Virus record (IMG/VR): IMGVR_UViG_2541047877_000007
Length of the DNA: 47,135 nucleotides
From: a virus
Taxonomy: Duplodnaviria; Heunggongvirae; Uroviricota; Caudoviricetes
Strand: one strand, 5' to 3'
The notes under the pieces are model-generated. The model saw nothing but the letters and a program-made list of their open reading frames with translations. It had not been told where the DNA came from and did no database searches. Positions within the stretch are counted from its first letter, which is position 1, and every line of letters starts with the position of its first letter. Below, piece by piece: positions 23,966 through 35,857 of this stretch. The position numbers were made by a program, and so were the translations under genes.

Positions 23966-26064
23966 AACCATCCTCCGGAAGTCAGCCAGGGGTTAACATC
24001 GTCAGTTACTGTTTTCTTCCGTTTTTGTTTTTTAACAGGCGTGGATACCGGTTCCGGTGTGGGTGACGGTTCGGTACTGTCCGGGACACACTCCAGCCAG
24101 GTTTCCCGGCTCGCCCACTCCGGTGCATCCGGCCAGCGGATCTTTTCGTATCCATGCAGAATGACCAGAGCCTCGGCATACACCATCAGGTCAAAAGCTT
24201 CGTTGGCACCGCGACCCGGCTTACTCCATTTCCCGTCACTGCTCCGCTCTTCATACGTCAGTTCGTCGTAAAACCAGCTCCCCAGCCAGTCAGGGAAATG
24301 CACATAGCCGGGACCTGGCGAGTCACGCCATAACGCGTTATTCACCCGGTCTTTCAGGGCATCCGTCTGAAGAAGCCAGAGCGGCACATCACCTGCGGCC
24401 TGCGCCCGGCGGCCCGTTCGTCCGGTGTTATCAGGGAATGTACGGCTGATCAGTTTTGCGCGCCGGATGCTGTCACCCTTAAACAGGTAAATACGTTTAC
24501 CAAGGCCATCACGACGGCAACGACGCCAGAATTTATAGGCATTATCAGTGACCCCGTCTTCACCGCCGGAGTCCACCGCCATTGCCATCAGTCGCATTTG
24601 TTGAGAAGGATCGGAGGCCAGCGGCCAGCTTTTATGAAAAACATCCGTCAGCAGGACATCCCAGTCTTCCGGATAGCTGGCCGGATCAATTCGCTGGCTC
24701 TCCCCGTCGCTGTCACCGCGCAATGACTGCGTGATGTTGTAACGATCAATAATCCAGCGTTCGCCACGGCTGCCATAGCCCGTTACCTGAACCACAAAAC
24801 GGCGATGACGTCCCGCCTGCACATCCACTGTCGCCACAAGGAAATTAACGCCATCCGGCACACTGCGGGAAGGAACTGGCTCTGCCCGCTGCTCAAGCAA
24901 TTCACTTTTTCGTTGCTCCATGCTGGCGCGGGGAAGATAAGGTAATCCCCAGTCGGTATTGATAACCGTCTTGAGTGTCTCTTCACTTCCGGTTGTCTCG
25001 TATTCCTGTTCTGCAGTAAGCAGTTTGTAAACGAGTTGCGAGAGTGTCTGATAAGCAGCTGCCGGACCCTCCATCCAGAATGACGCAATACGTGAACGCC
25101 GGGGATCACCATAACGACTGCCATCTGCATTGATGGATTCACCATCCCGTAACCAGACCCCACGTCCGTTCAGCTCGCGTTTTTGTTCAGGCAAAATCCG
25201 TCCTGAACAGGAAGGACACTGAATATAAGCCGCCTCACTTGCCAGCACAGGATCGGCAATATCACGGAAACCAGCAACCACATCGCCGCAGGGCTGAAAA
25301 TACTCACCACAGTGTGGACAGGGCCAGTACCAGCGACGGCGATCGCCACGGTTATAGAGCGACAGGATCCCCGTGGTTGGTGGAGCCTCATGCGGTGAAG
25401 TCCGTCGCCATTTCACATCCTTCACATCCCTGCCGGGGGAACTCTCCACCAGCGTCATACCACTGGACATAAATGTGGTGGTACGTTTTGAGGCAAGAGA
25501 GAAGGCATCCCCCTCACCATCAATATCTTCCGGAAAACGGTCATAATCCGTCAGCGCCACGCATTTATAATCTGATGAAGACATGATATTGACTGACGGC
25601 CAGCCGATTTTCAGGTAGTTGCCAGCAAGGAATGTTCTGTCATAAACGTTGTTGTCATTTTTGTTCGGACTCAGGCGACTGACCACTTCCGGGCTGACGC
25701 GAAACGTTCTGGCGAGTCGTTTTTTGGAGTGTTCGCGGGCTTTTTCCTCCGTCATCTGAATGATCAGCATATCAGCAGGATCGCAAATCACGTTGTAAAT
25801 CACCCAGCCGTCAATCAGGCCGATAGTCTTGCCGGTTCGTGCCGGGCCAACAAATATCACTGCGTCGTATTCACGCGAGGCCAGGCAGTTCATAGGCTCA
25901 ATAACATACGGTGCCACCAGCGGATCCCACGGGACTGAGTTCCCTGCCCCCATAGGCACCCGCATATACTGAGCAACGGCATCAGCAACCCGCATTCGTC
26001 TCGGTGCGCGAAGGATATAACCTGAATCGGTTCGTGCTGCCTTTGCGGTTTCCTGATTCAGCAT
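23962..26064 (-). CDS. terminase large subunit
   Basis: 700 aa; ATPase region then nuclease region; ATGA overlap with the small subunit gene. Confidence 0.9.
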   Translation of the reverse strand: MLNQETAKAARTDSGYILRAPRRMRVADAVAQYMRVPMGAGNSVPWDPLVAPYVIEPMNCLASREYDAVIFVGPARTGKTIGLIDGWVIYNVICDPADMLIIQMTEEKAREHSKKRLARTFRVSPEVVSRLSPNKNDNNVYDRTFLAGNYLKIGWPSVNIMSSSDYKCVALTDYDRFPEDIDGEGDAFSLASKRTTTFMSSGMTLVESSPGRDVKDVKWRRTSPHEAPPTTGILSLYNRGDRRRWYWPCPHCGEYFQPCGDVVAGFRDIADPVLASEAAYIQCPSCSGRILPEQKRELNGRGVWLRDGESINADGSRYGDPRRSRIASFWMEGPAAAYQTLSQLVYKLLTAEQEYETTGSEETLKTVINTDWGLPYLPRASMEQRKSELLEQRAEPVPSRSVPDGVNFLVATVDVQAGRHRRFVVQVTGYGSRGERWIIDRYNITQSLRGDSDGESQRIDPASYPEDWDVLLTDVFHKSWPLASDPSQQMRLMAMAVDSGGEDGVTDNAYKFWRRCRRDGLGKRIYLFKGDSIRRAKLISRTFPDNTGRTGRRAQAAGDVPLWLLQTDALKDRVNNALWRDSPGPGYVHFPDWLGSWFYDELTYEERSSDGKWSKPGRGANEAFDLMVYAEALVILHGYEKIRWPDAPEWASRETWLECVPDSTEPSPTPEPVSTPVKKQKRKKTVTDDVNPWLTSGGWL

Positions 26065-26558
26065 TACTCCTCCTGCTGTAATTCCTCCTCATCATCCGCA
26101 CCTGCTTCAGTCACCCGCAGGGCTATCTGATCGCGCAGATCATCAATAATGGACTGAACACGGCTCACAGCGGCAGGCTGCAGACCGCAGTCACGTTCAA
26201 GAATATCCGGTAATGTCTCCAGCACCTGCACGACCGCTTTTGCCCAGATGGCAAACTCCCGTCTGACATCACTGGCCGGAATGAGTTGTGCCGTTTCCTG
26301 TTCGAACTTAAGACGCTCACGTTCAGACTGATACCAGGCTTTGCGCTCATGCGCGTCCATTTCGCCTTCTGCAACCGGCGGTGGTAATGCCAGAAATGCC
26401 GACACAATATCAACCACCCGATAAAGCTTGAGGTTGCTTTCATGCCCCCCTGCAACGGGTAGATTTTGCAGCCTTGCCGCAGCAGTCTGGCGATGTACAC
26501 CTGACAATGCCGCCAGTTGACTGATATTCAGCGTCAGATTTTTTAACTCTCGATCCAT
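26064..26558 (-). CDS. terminase small subunit (Nu1-like)
   Basis: 164 aa with N-terminal HTH-like segment (LNISQLAALSGVHRQT) and acidic C-terminus; immediately upstream of the large subunit. Confidence 0.8.
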   Translation of the reverse strand: MDRELKNLTLNISQLAALSGVHRQTAAARLQNLPVAGGHESNLKLYRVVDIVSAFLALPPPVAEGEMDAHERKAWYQSERERLKFEQETAQLIPASDVRREFAIWAKAVVQVLETLPDILERDCGLQPAAVSRVQSIIDDLRDQIALRVTEAGADDEEELQQEE

Positions 26559-26728
26559 ACCCGCTCCAGAATGTTTTAAACATGCATCTTGCGAACAACT
26601 TTAGGCAAACGGTGTTAGTGATGAACAAAAAACAATCAGAATCGACACCATAAAAATAAATCCACTGTAATATCAATCAATTACAGTAGTGGTGATGACG
26701 AATAAAATTTCAAAAACTAGCCTTTTTC

Positions 26729-26804
26729 CGCGACGCTCCCGCCCCGTGGCAGGGGCCCCCACCGGGAGGACCCGACAGCCTGACAGCCTGACAGCCGTGA
26801 CGAG
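26729..26804. promoter_or_regulatory. candidate cos region (packaging site)
   Basis: GC-rich imperfect dyad (gccccgtggcaggggc) followed by three tandem 8-bp repeats ((c/t)gacagcc) about 200 bp upstream of the small terminase start. Confidence 0.3.
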
Positions 26805-26931
26805 CATCTGATACAGCGCTTTACATAATGGCATAGGAATAATTCAGAAGGACATCACAGCATGCCCACACAAATTAGTGTGAGTGTCCTGTTTCTTCCT
26901 ACGCACAGGACTGACGAGCATGAGGGGAAAA

Positions 26932-27099
26932 TATGCGAACCATAAATGCCTCATCTTCAGCAATGCAGCCGGCATCCGAACAGGACGATATTGTAAATTC
27001 ACCTAATTACGAGGACATTGCAGTAGTTGAATTGCAGCTCTGTATTAGCCTGACAGTGACAGAATGCGATATTGACTCTGTCACAGGTGAAATAGTTTG
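26932..27099 (+). CDS. candidate small acidic protein (55 aa)
   Basis: ATG 26932 with GAGGGG RBS 5 nt upstream; hand-translated as MRTINASSSAMQPASEQDDIVNSPNYEDIAVVELQLCISLTVTECDIDSVTGEIV; below the ORF-track cutoff. Confidence 0.3.
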
Positions 27100-27120
27100 A
27101 ATGATTAGCAGTTATGGTGC

Positions 27121-27327
27121 TCAGTCAACCACCAGGGAATAATCCTTCGAATTCTTATCGTGCTTCACCAACGCTGCCTCAATTGCCCTGAATGCTTCCA
27201 GAGACACCTGATGTTCTATACATGCAATTACAACATCCGGGTAACTCATAGAAATGGTGCTATTAAGCATATTTTTTACACGAATCAGATCCAACGAGAG
27301 TTCATCAGCAGATTGTTCTTTATTCAT
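27121..27327 (-). CDS. hypothetical small protein (68 aa)
   Basis: ORF track only; no motif recognised. Confidence 0.4.
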   Translation of the reverse strand: MNKEQSADELSLDLIRVKNMLNSTISMSYPDVVIACIEHQVSLEAFRAIEAALVKHDKNSKDYSLVVD

Positions 27328-27627
27328 TTTGTCGCTCCATGCGTTTGCTCGTCATCTAGCGGTTAAAATATTACTTCAAATCTTACTGCATAAAAGAGGA
27401 AAAGTATGAAAGTTTGAGTACATCGACCTTACATACATCTGTCGGTTGCATATCCCTCCTGGATGCCAGCAAGGCTCAATTTTGTTACGCAATCAACACT
27501 ATTCATTAAAAACAGGCTTAATATTTGACATAAATCATCAACAAAACACAAAGAGGTCAGACCAGATTAAAACAATAAACACGATAATGCAAACTACGCG
27601 CCATCGTATCACATGGAAGGTTTACCA

Positions 27628-28038
27628 ATGGCTCAGGCTGCCATTTTTAAAGAAATATTCGATCAAGTGCGTAAAGATTTAAACTGTGAATTATTTTATT
27701 CTGAGCTAAAACGTCACAATATCTCACTTTATATTTACTATTTAGCCACAGATAATATTCACATTGTGTTAGAAAACGACAACATAGTGTTAGTAAAAGG
27801 ACTCAAAAAGGTTGTAAATGTTAAATTCTCCAGAAACAAACATCTTATAGAGACCTCCTATAATAAGTTGAAATCAAAAGAAATCACATTTCAACAATAC
27901 AGGGAAAATCTTGCTAAAGCAGGAGTTTTCCGATGGGTTACAAATATCCAGGAACACCAAAGATATTACTATGCCTTTGATAACTCATTACTATTTACTG
28001 AAAGCATCCAGAAAACTACACAGATCTTACCACGCTAA
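27628..28038 (+). CDS. ydfO: YdfO-like prophage protein
   Basis: 136 aa from ATG 27628 with GGAAGG RBS; sequence [30 protein letters not shown] resembles the recalled Qin ydfO product. Confidence 0.6.
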   Translation: MAQAAIFKEIFDQVRKDLNCELFYSELKRHNISLYIYYLATDNIHIVLENDNIVLVKGLKKVVNVKFSRNKHLIETSYNKLKSKEITFQQYRENLAKAGVFRWVTNIQEHQRYYYAFDNSLLFTESIQKTTQILPR

Positions 28039-28189
28039 ACCATAACGTCCGGCTTCTCTCACTCCTGAGCCGGACTGCATTGGTTTAATAAAAACCATCA
28101 ACAATTGTGATTTAGATATTCGGAACCATTCAAATATAACAAAACCCCGTAAAAACGAGGTTTATGGATAAATTTTATTATTGAATACA

Positions 28190-28363
28190 TCAGATTAAAT
28201 TAATCTTGACATCATAGCTTTCAAGACCCGTCATTTTTTCCCGTGCGGTAAACTGAATACTGGTAACTTCTTTCCCGGTCTTTTTCTTAAGTTCAATAAT
28301 TTTTTTTGTTATATATTCAGAAATATCTGCTTCTGCTTTTGTTTTTAAGTTTTCAATATTCAT
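28190..28363 (-). CDS. gnsB: GnsB-like small protein
   Basis: 57-aa ORF translated by hand (MNIENLKTKAEADISEYITKKIIELKKKTGKEVTSIQFTAREKMTGLESYDVKINLI); Gns-family pattern and Qin-like position. Confidence 0.65.
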   Translation of the reverse strand: MNIENLKTKAEADISEYITKKIIELKKKTGKEVTSIQFTAREKMTGLESYDVKINLI

Positions 28364-28534
28364 CATTTCCTCTTTTAGTCTGTTATGACTTTCCAGTTAC
28401 ACAGTAAGTCGATTATATGGTGCAAACGTGTAAAAGATAAGATGAAACATCGCAATAATCAACATACGATAGTCTAAATTTTACACAAACAGACAAAGAG
28501 AATTTTCCTGAATTATCAATACAATAGCATCAAA

Positions 28535-28765
28535 TCAACTCAAGAGCCTTATTGCTGCTTCCAGAATTTCTTCTGAAGTAACATGTCGATCCGCGGCTAC
28601 ATAAATGACTTTATGATCTCCGGTCAGAGATGGAAACCCTGCGGCCATTACAGTAAGGTGTGTTTTTTCGCCATTTGGATATTCACGCATGATGGTGTTA
28701 ACTCCAGTCATCGCTGGCACTACCACTGCTGGTTCAGAGTTAAAAAAAACTATGATTTTTTTCAT
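28535..28765 (-). CDS. small prophage protein (YnfN-like position)
   Basis: 76 aa from ATG 28765 (MKKIIVFFNSEPAVVV...); between gnsB and cspI. Confidence 0.5.
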   Translation of the reverse strand: MKKIIVFFNSEPAVVVPAMTGVNTIMREYPNGEKTHLTVMAAGFPSLTGDHKVIYVAADRHVTSEEILEAAIRLLS

Positions 28766-29036
28766 GATGTTACCGTAGTATGTGAGTATCCATCGAATAG
28801 ATACCAAGCAAAAAAGCTCCCGAAGGAGCCTTCATTTTCACTTTTTTAAATCCAACGACAGACGGCTGGCATTTAAGTATTGTGAAATATTATCAAATGT
28901 AATCATCATTGATTTACAAAAGATACATTTTGCCCCGAAAGGATTCATGTCAGAAACATCAAAAGATGATGTTCTATACTGGGAACCATGACAACACGGG
29001 CATCTAAAGTGAATATGGTTTGTAATATTGTCTACC

Positions 29037-29249
29037 TCAAAGCGCCACTACATGAACAGCGGCAGGACCTTTAGGTCCGTTCTCAATACCAAATTCAACT
29101 TCCTGATTCTCAGTTAATGTTTTGAAATCGTTGCTCTGAATTGCTGAGAAATGGACAAACACATCTTTGCTGCCATCTTTCGGCGTGATGAAACCAAAAC
29201 CTTTTTCAGGGTTAAACCATTTCACTAAACCAGTCATTTTGTTAGACAT
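29037..29249 (-). CDS. cspI: CspA-family cold shock protein
   Basis: 70 aa with RNP motifs KGFGFI and VFVHF; symbol from position next to the spanin genes as in Qin. Confidence 0.85.
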   Translation of the reverse strand: MSNKMTGLVKWFNPEKGFGFITPKDGSKDVFVHFSAIQSNDFKTLTENQEVEFGIENGPKGPAAVHVVAL

Positions 29250-29612
29250 AATTATTACCTTTTGAAGAAATTAGCCCTTGGGCAGAATGGTCCGAAAAAA
29301 AATATCAGAGAGAAAAACCAACAAGGAAATCTCAAGAGGTACAAATAATAAAATTATAACAATGACTGCTTCAGATAAATTTGTAACAAACCAGAACACC
29401 ATTAACGCATGATTAACCACCCATAGCAAGGATTACTTTTGTAAAGAAAAACACAGCAATGAAAGAATAGCTTTATTTATTAATAATAACGTGTCATTCT
29501 GATTAAGACCTTTTATCTTACCCTTAAGATTTCAGGAATTTTGGCTCATGGAAGAGTCCTTTTTATTTAAATTTTACATTCCGCGATGTAAATGTTCCGA
29601 TTTAATATTACC

Positions 29613-30636
<1,024 letters not shown>

Positions 30637-30640
<4 letters not shown>

Positions 30641-30924
30641 ATATATTTATGATGAGGACGCTCGTGCTTATTGGCAGGATTTTCAATCTTAAAGGAGTAC
30701 TGATGCTGCAGATAAGACTCAACTTTTTCTGACAATTTTTCTGCTACTTCCAGGAAGACTTGCCGGACGCTCCTTCTGGCTGCTGCCTCATAAAACTCCA
30801 GCGCAGCTCCTTCAACACGGTCCATGGCGACATCCAGGTCAAAAATTTCACCGTCAAAGCGTTCTTTGTCCTGTAAGGCTACAGTTACCGTAACTTTATT
30901 CTCAAAATTACGGACTCCTTTCAC
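30637..30924 (-). CDS. small protein between holin and endolysin (YdfR-like position)
   Basis: 95-aa ORF overlapping the endolysin start by 4 nt. Confidence 0.5.
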
Positions 30925-30952
30925 AACCAGTTCATAGTCTTGAGTCGTTGGA

Positions 30953-31168
30953 TTACTCTCCTCTCGCAGCCTTACGCCTGTCTTCTTTAATCTTGAAATA
31001 AAGATTTGTCAGATACGTCAGCAGGCCAAAAACCAGGCTACCCAGCACACCGATTGCAGCCCACTGTGACGGAGTTACTTTATCGAGTAACTGCAATGCC
31101 CAGAAACCAGCATTACCCGCCGATGTGCCATAGGCAACACCTGTTGTTAACTTATCCATTGATTTCAT
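30953..31168 (-). CDS. class II holin (phage 21 S-type pinholin) with dual start
   Basis: Two in-frame starts, MKSMDKL at 31168 and MDKL at 31159; two TM segments; C-terminus ..[19 protein letters not shown]. Confidence 0.85.
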   Translation of the reverse strand: MKSMDKLTTGVAYGTSAGNAGFWALQLLDKVTPSQWAAIGVLGSLVFGLLTYLTNLYFKIKEDRRKAARGE

Positions 31169-31387
31169 ATCCTCACCCCGATGTACACGGATGGTGCAAT
31201 ATGTTTGAAAAGATCGGAGTCTACGGGGTAGTTTTGACAGCACACGTTGTTCTCAACGGCGCTAAAAAAACATACACATTAAAAATGTGGGTAATTATTT
31301 TGAAAGAAAGTCATATATAAAATAATAATACGAGAAATGTTTTCATATTTAGTGTACTGTATACGGCCATTTATACAGGAAAAGCCT

Positions 31388-31558
31388 ATGTCAGAACGTA
31401 AAAACTCAAAATCACGCCGTAATTATCTCGTTAAATGTTCCTGCCCAAACTGCACCCAAGAGTCAGAACACAGTTTTTCAAGAGTACAAAAAGGTGCCCT
31501 TTTGATCTGCCCTCATTGCAACAAAGTATTCCAGACAAATCTTAAAGCTGTAGCCTGA
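31388..31558 (+). CDS. small zinc-ribbon protein (56 aa)
   Basis: AGGA RBS then MSERKNSKSRRNYLVKCSCPNCTQESEHSFSRVQKGALLICPHCNKVFQ..., with two CxxC pairs. Confidence 0.55.
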   Translation: MSERKNSKSRRNYLVKCSCPNCTQESEHSFSRVQKGALLICPHCNKVFQTNLKAVA

Positions 31559-31620
31559 TTGATTTTATTAGTAACAAGTATTTTTTATATTTTAATAATA
31601 TATTTAAAGCAGATAATAAA

Positions 31621-31640
31621 AAACCCGCCTGAGCGGGTTT
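31621..31640. terminator. hairpin terminator, probably bidirectional
   Basis: aaacccgc-ctga-gcgggttt; A/T-rich run on the minus-strand side, short T-run on the plus side. Confidence 0.5.
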
Positions 31641-31921
31641 GAGATTGTGGTGCTTTTTGTGGGAGTCATCCACTTACGCACTTTGTTTTGCCATGCCAGC
31701 AGTTAGCTTCTGCTGTAAAACTATTCATGCAGCAAACCTGCACTTCACCACAATGGTTAGCATACTTTTCCTGATTAAGATTTTGCCAAATATGCTAGCC
31801 ATTGTTTCATGTATTGGACCTCCTTACTTTTTATTAAAGAGATCCAATATTCACTACTCTGTCCGTATCTCTACTCAGGCATCAGCCTTCTTCGTTATCG
31901 TATACAGACGAGCGATGAATT

Positions 31922-32137
31922 TTAATCAGTAATGATGACATTTGCTGCTGCAGGACCTTTAGCACCACTCTCTATAGAGAAGGTAACCTTTTGACCTTCA
32001 AATAAGGTTCGATAATTATCATTCTGAATCGCAGAAAAATGCACAAACACATCTTTACTACCATCAACAGGAGAAATAAAGCCGAAACCTTTATCAGCGT
32101 TAAACCATTTTACTAAACCAGTCATTTTATTTGACAT
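31922..32137 (-). CDS. cspB: CspA-family cold shock protein
   Basis: 71 aa with KGFGFI and VFVHF motifs; symbol from Qin-like order. Confidence 0.8.
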   Translation of the reverse strand: MSNKMTGLVKWFNADKGFGFISPVDGSKDVFVHFSAIQNDNYRTLFEGQKVTFSIESGAKGPAAANVIITD

Positions 32138-32437
32138 TCTACATTCCTTAACTTGAGCCTTTCGGCATAAATGGTTTGCATAACAGAAACGACTTCGTAC
32201 TTAATTGGAGAGACTCAAAGAAGGAATAAGTGAATAACACCTGAAATGAGAACTGCTTTAGTAAACTACTTCGTATATCGTCTGTTCTTCAAACCGACGC
32301 AATCATTAACGCATAGTTGAACATATGAAGCAATGTTTATTTTAGACATCCAGCCATCTTCAACCCCATCAAAAAACTATAGCTTTCTTCAGGAACGTGT
32401 GTATAGTGCGCCAAGTTATCAGTATTAAGGAATTTTT

Positions 32438-32650
32438 TTGTCCCGTAAAATGACAGGAATTGTCAAAACCTTTGACGGCAAAAGCGGCAAGGGTCTTATC
32501 ACCCCATCCGATGGTCGTATCGATGTCCAGCTTCATGTTTCAGCGCTCAATCTCCGCGATGCAGAAGAAATTACCACCGGATTACGCGTGGAATTTTGCC
32601 GGATAAATGGTCTGCGTGGCCCTTCAGCTGCCAATGTTTACCTTTCATGA
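32438..32650 (+). CDS. cspF: CspA-family cold shock protein, TTG start
   Basis: 70 aa starting at TTG 32438 with AAGGA RBS 7 nt upstream; divergent from cspB. Confidence 0.75.
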
Positions 32651-32703
32651 GCTATATTAAAGCTTTAATTTCAGGCCCCATCGGATCACACATGGAGAGT
32701 TTT

Positions 32704-32880
32704 TATGAATAACCCCGTCTGTCTTGATGACTGGTTGATTGGCTTTAAAAGCTTATGCTGTACTTTGGCCGTAATAGCTCTGCTAATAATATAATAAGCA
32801 GACTCATTGTGTTTAGGGACATTGTACTGGAAGAAAATATTTTAAACATCAGGCAAATAACCAAGTCACCAGCTAAATAA
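32704..32880 (+). CDS. candidate small protein (58 aa)
   Basis: GGAGAG RBS 4 nt upstream of ATG 32704; hand-translated [58 protein letters not shown]. Confidence 0.3.
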
Positions 32881-33071
32881 TAAGTTAACAGACATGAGTC
32901 CCGGGATGAGATTCAACATTACCATTGCCCCATTTAAAGCACAAAACCCGCTCATCAGCGGGTTTTCTACTTTTTCTTAACGTCGGGTATACAAAGCCCA
33001 TCGTTGAAAAAATTTTATCCATATTTTTTGAAAAATGCAAACATCATGTCGCCATCTTCAGCAAAAATCAT

Positions 33072-33824
33072 TTATCTCGTCACCTTCCTCAATTGCGCTT
33101 CCGCGTATGCTTCTTCCTGCCAGCACTTTGTTACCAGTTTATCAATGACGTCCGCATACCCCTTATACCACTGATAATCGGTCAGGTCTGGTACCAGCTT
33201 CTGGACATGACGTCGTGCCAGCGTGGTCGGTAAACGACTAAATCGGTTTCCATTACAACGCCCACAAATCTTATATACCGGTACGCCATGAAACCGGGTT
33301 CTTTTTTCATCCAGAACAATCCCTTTACCCTTACACCCTCTGCACGCTGTGCTGACTTCGCCCTTACCATGGCAATGCTGACATAGTTCCTTCACCCATT
33401 CTTCCTTGATTACAGATTCCCCGCGTCTGTAGTGTTTCACCACTTCGCGCAATACATTATAAAATCCCGTACCTGAACAATGCTCACAGCGAGCCTTACT
33501 TGCCGCAGACCTGGAGTAATCAGCAAAGGCAAAATTCACAAGGTAAGGAATAATCTGTAACCGGATTTCTTCACTCAATTTGTTCAATGTCGGGTTATCC
33601 AGTGCCATCGCGTAATTTAGCAGGCCTTCAATCGCAAACTGAGGGTCCTGAACACCAACTTTTGCCAGAAATAAGGCCAACCCAAGTGGTGCTTTCGACT
33701 GCACCATCCCCTGCGCTGCCATTACATCCGTAATTGTTAAACAACCGGTGCCTGTCGCTGGAGCGTCATCGCTCAATTTTGGAGATTTTGGGGAGTAATA
33801 TTTTGGTAAGGCTTCAAGGTTCAT
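33072..33824 (-). CDS. late-gene antiterminator Q
   Basis: 250 aa with paired CxxC motifs (CEHCSGTG, CQHCHGKG, CRGCKGKG, CGRCNG) and position upstream of the lysis genes. Confidence 0.8.
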   Translation of the reverse strand: MNLEALPKYYSPKSPKLSDDAPATGTGCLTITDVMAAQGMVQSKAPLGLALFLAKVGVQDPQFAIEGLLNYAMALDNPTLNKLSEEIRLQIIPYLVNFAFADYSRSAASKARCEHCSGTGFYNVLREVVKHYRRGESVIKEEWVKELCQHCHGKGEVSTACRGCKGKGIVLDEKRTRFHGVPVYKICGRCNGNRFSRLPTTLARRHVQKLVPDLTDYQWYKGYADVIDKLVTKCWQEEAYAEAQLRKVTR

Positions 33825-33837
33825 GCTCGTTCTCCAC

Positions 33838-34926
33838 TTACGCCAGTACGCCAGTTGCCAGCGCGCGATCGATAAAACGAAATATCAGCTCCAGTTGGGA
33901 GCCATACTTCTCTTCAAATGCCACTGTATCCGTATGCAGCTCGTTGTGATGCTTTCTGCACAAAGGCAACACAAAGAGATCATGTGCTTTTGTTCCCATT
34001 CCGCCCTGCCCGTGACCAATCAGATGATGCGGATCGTCGGCTGGCATACCGCAGCAAGCACACGGCTGTGTCTTAACCCAACGAGTGTATTTCTCCTTAA
34101 CCCAGCGGCGACGTTTAGGCAGCTTCATGAAAGATTCCGGAGACTCTGGATCAACGGTGATGCTTACCACCGTCTTTTCCTGTGGTGGTTTTTGTTGCTG
34201 GTGGGCGTAAGGCAACGGTGCAAGATTTTCTGTGCGTTGTTTCAATATGCTGGTGGCGGTCTGCTCTCCCTGTACGATGTCGCTTTCGCGGTACACCGAG
34301 CAGATTTTTTCCGCTGGTAATCCCAGCGAACGACGCGATACAGCCTCAGGTAGTGCATCCACCACCTGATTGCAGACCGCCCACCAGGATAATTCAGCCA
34401 AAGATAATTCCCGCTCCTGCGTACCGCTTATTGCGTGACGGATGACGTCAATCACCCATGCTGTCAGATTTTGTTGAGCAAGCAGCTCCAGTGATTCCGA
34501 TGTCTGGTCACGCAGTTGGTTGTCGCAGTGCCAGCACAACACCATTGCGCCGGTACCATAACGGTGAATGACTGTTTCAGTGTGATGGTAATCGCCATTA
34601 GGCCACTGGCAGGATGTAACATGACGTAATAGCCAGTCAGACAATGCGCCAACGCCGCCAGTAGCACGAATCACCCGTTCGTTACTAAAAAACGGCAGCA
34701 ATGTTTTGTCTTCTGCCAGCGGCTGGCGAACGGCAGGAACGACTCCGGATGGCAGATTTCGCATGCTTTTTGGTTCCGGTTCCACCAGCACTCGAGGATT
34801 ATGAAATATCTGTATGGATTCACGGCCCGGCTTAAGGACCACCAGCCCAAGCTCAGGCACCAGAACAGGTCTAAGTAATACCCGCACGTTACCTCCAGAT
34901 CCGTTGCTGGAAAGTGCGGGACGCAC
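33838..34926 (-). CDS. YdfU-like protein with C-terminal HNH-like motif
   Basis: 362-aa ORF; C-terminal CACCG...HH...CRKHHNELH pattern; start uncertain because the ORF overlaps the upstream gene. Confidence 0.6.
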   Translation of the reverse strand: MRPALSSNGSGGNVRVLLRPVLVPELGLVVLKPGRESIQIFHNPRVLVEPEPKSMRNLPSGVVPAVRQPLAEDKTLLPFFSNERVIRATGGVGALSDWLLRHVTSCQWPNGDYHHTETVIHRYGTGAMVLCWHCDNQLRDQTSESLELLAQQNLTAWVIDVIRHAISGTQERELSLAELSWWAVCNQVVDALPEAVSRRSLGLPAEKICSVYRESDIVQGEQTATSILKQRTENLAPLPYAHQQQKPPQEKTVVSITVDPESPESFMKLPKRRRWVKEKYTRWVKTQPCACCGMPADDPHHLIGHGQGGMGTKAHDLFVLPLCRKHHNELHTDTVAFEEKYGSQLELIFRFIDRALATGVLA

Positions 34927-35167
34927 GTGGTGGGCGTTCGGAATAAGGCAGCCTGACAGAGATTATCCAGTGCCGATAGTCGAGACTGAGAGCTTTCTTA
35001 ACCTCGAACCCGCGCCTGCGGTAAGAATGAATCAGCCATTCGGCCTGTTCTGCAGTGCATGGAGGGTGCTGGAACCATTCAGACTTGAATGCGTGAGAAT
35101 ACCGCCCGTGCGTGCAGGCAAGAACGGGCGAATTATCAGAATTGTAATATTTTACGTTGCGTGCCAT
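34889..35167 (-). CDS. small phage protein (Rem-like position)
   Basis: 92-aa ORF upstream of the YdfU-like gene. Confidence 0.5.
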   Translation of the reverse strand: MARNVKYYNSDNSPVLACTHGRYSHAFKSEWFQHPPCTAEQAEWLIHSYRRRGFEVKKALSLDYRHWIISVRLPYSERPPRASRTFQQRIWR

Positions 35168-35233
35168 CGGTTTTCTCCGGTGGCACGGTGTTACTCAGCG
35201 GGAGTTCAGCCCCGCGCAAGATTGTAGATGAGT

Positions 35234-35485
35234 TTATTCTTCTGCAAAAGCAGAAAAGCCAGCTTTTATTCCGATCTCTTTCAATGCCTGTAATGAAGTG
35301 ACAAACTCACCTTCGCGCAAGATAAATCCGTCCGTGACCCGAGCATCCACAAAATTAATTAACGCAGCCCCATTCTTTCGCAAACACATAATGCGGTAAT
35401 GACTAACAAGATTTCCATTTTCAACGCACACAGCATAGAGGCCATCTTCACAAAAAATTTTACGCAGTTCTTCGATGTTCATCAT
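35234..35485 (-). CDS. hypothetical protein (83 aa)
   Basis: ORF track only; between the hok locus and the Rem-like gene. Confidence 0.45.
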   Translation of the reverse strand: MMNIEELRKIFCEDGLYAVCVENGNLVSHYRIMCLRKNGAALINFVDARVTDGFILREGEFVTSLQALKEIGIKAGFSAFAEE

Positions 35486-35602
35486 CAGAATCCTTCCGGA
35501 TAATTAGCTCTCCCCTTTAAGGGACCATCCCTCTTATCCCTGCGCGCTACTTAAGTATTTTTGATTCTATTCCGGCACCGTCCAGATCTTCAAACGCGTT
35601 GA

Positions 35603-35633
35603 AAATAAAAACAAAAACCCGCCGAAGCGGGTT
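35603..35633 (-). terminator. rho-independent terminator of the hok transcript
   Basis: aacccgc-cgaa-gcgggtt hairpin followed on the minus strand by a long T-run, about 70 nt after the hok stop. Confidence 0.7.
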
Positions 35634-35701
35634 AAGTGCGGGTGCGTTGAGGATGCCTGCCACATCAGAGGTGGCGAGGGATTTCTCCCTCGCCGGGTCT
35701 C

Positions 35702-35857
35702 TTACTCCTCAGGTTCGTAAGCTGTGAAGACAGCGACCTCCGTCTGGCCGGTTCGGATTCGTACCTCGCAGAGGTCTTTCCTCGTTACCAGTGCCGTCAC
35801 TATGACGGTTAAACAGATGACGATCAGGGCGATTAACATCGCCTTTTGCTGCTTCAT
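35702..35857 (-). CDS. hok: Hok/Gef-family type I toxin
   Basis: 51 aa MKQQKAMLIALIVICLTVIVTALVTRKDLCEVRIRTGQTEVAVFTAYEPEE; single TM helix and conserved Hok C-terminal motif. Confidence 0.9.
   Translation of the reverse strand: MKQQKAMLIALIVICLTVIVTALVTRKDLCEVRIRTGQTEVAVFTAYEPEE

Noticed and set aside
32650-33071. Search for a tRNA gene or late promoter / Q-utilisation site downstream of Q
   Set aside because: No cloverleaf-compatible sequence was recognised by eye and no convincing promoter-plus-pause element could be defined; tRNAscan and promoter mapping would be needed.
33823-34320. 165-aa plus-strand ORF antisense to the YdfU-like gene
   Set aside because: Embedded antisense in a longer ORF with a clearer protein-like sequence and HNH-like motif.
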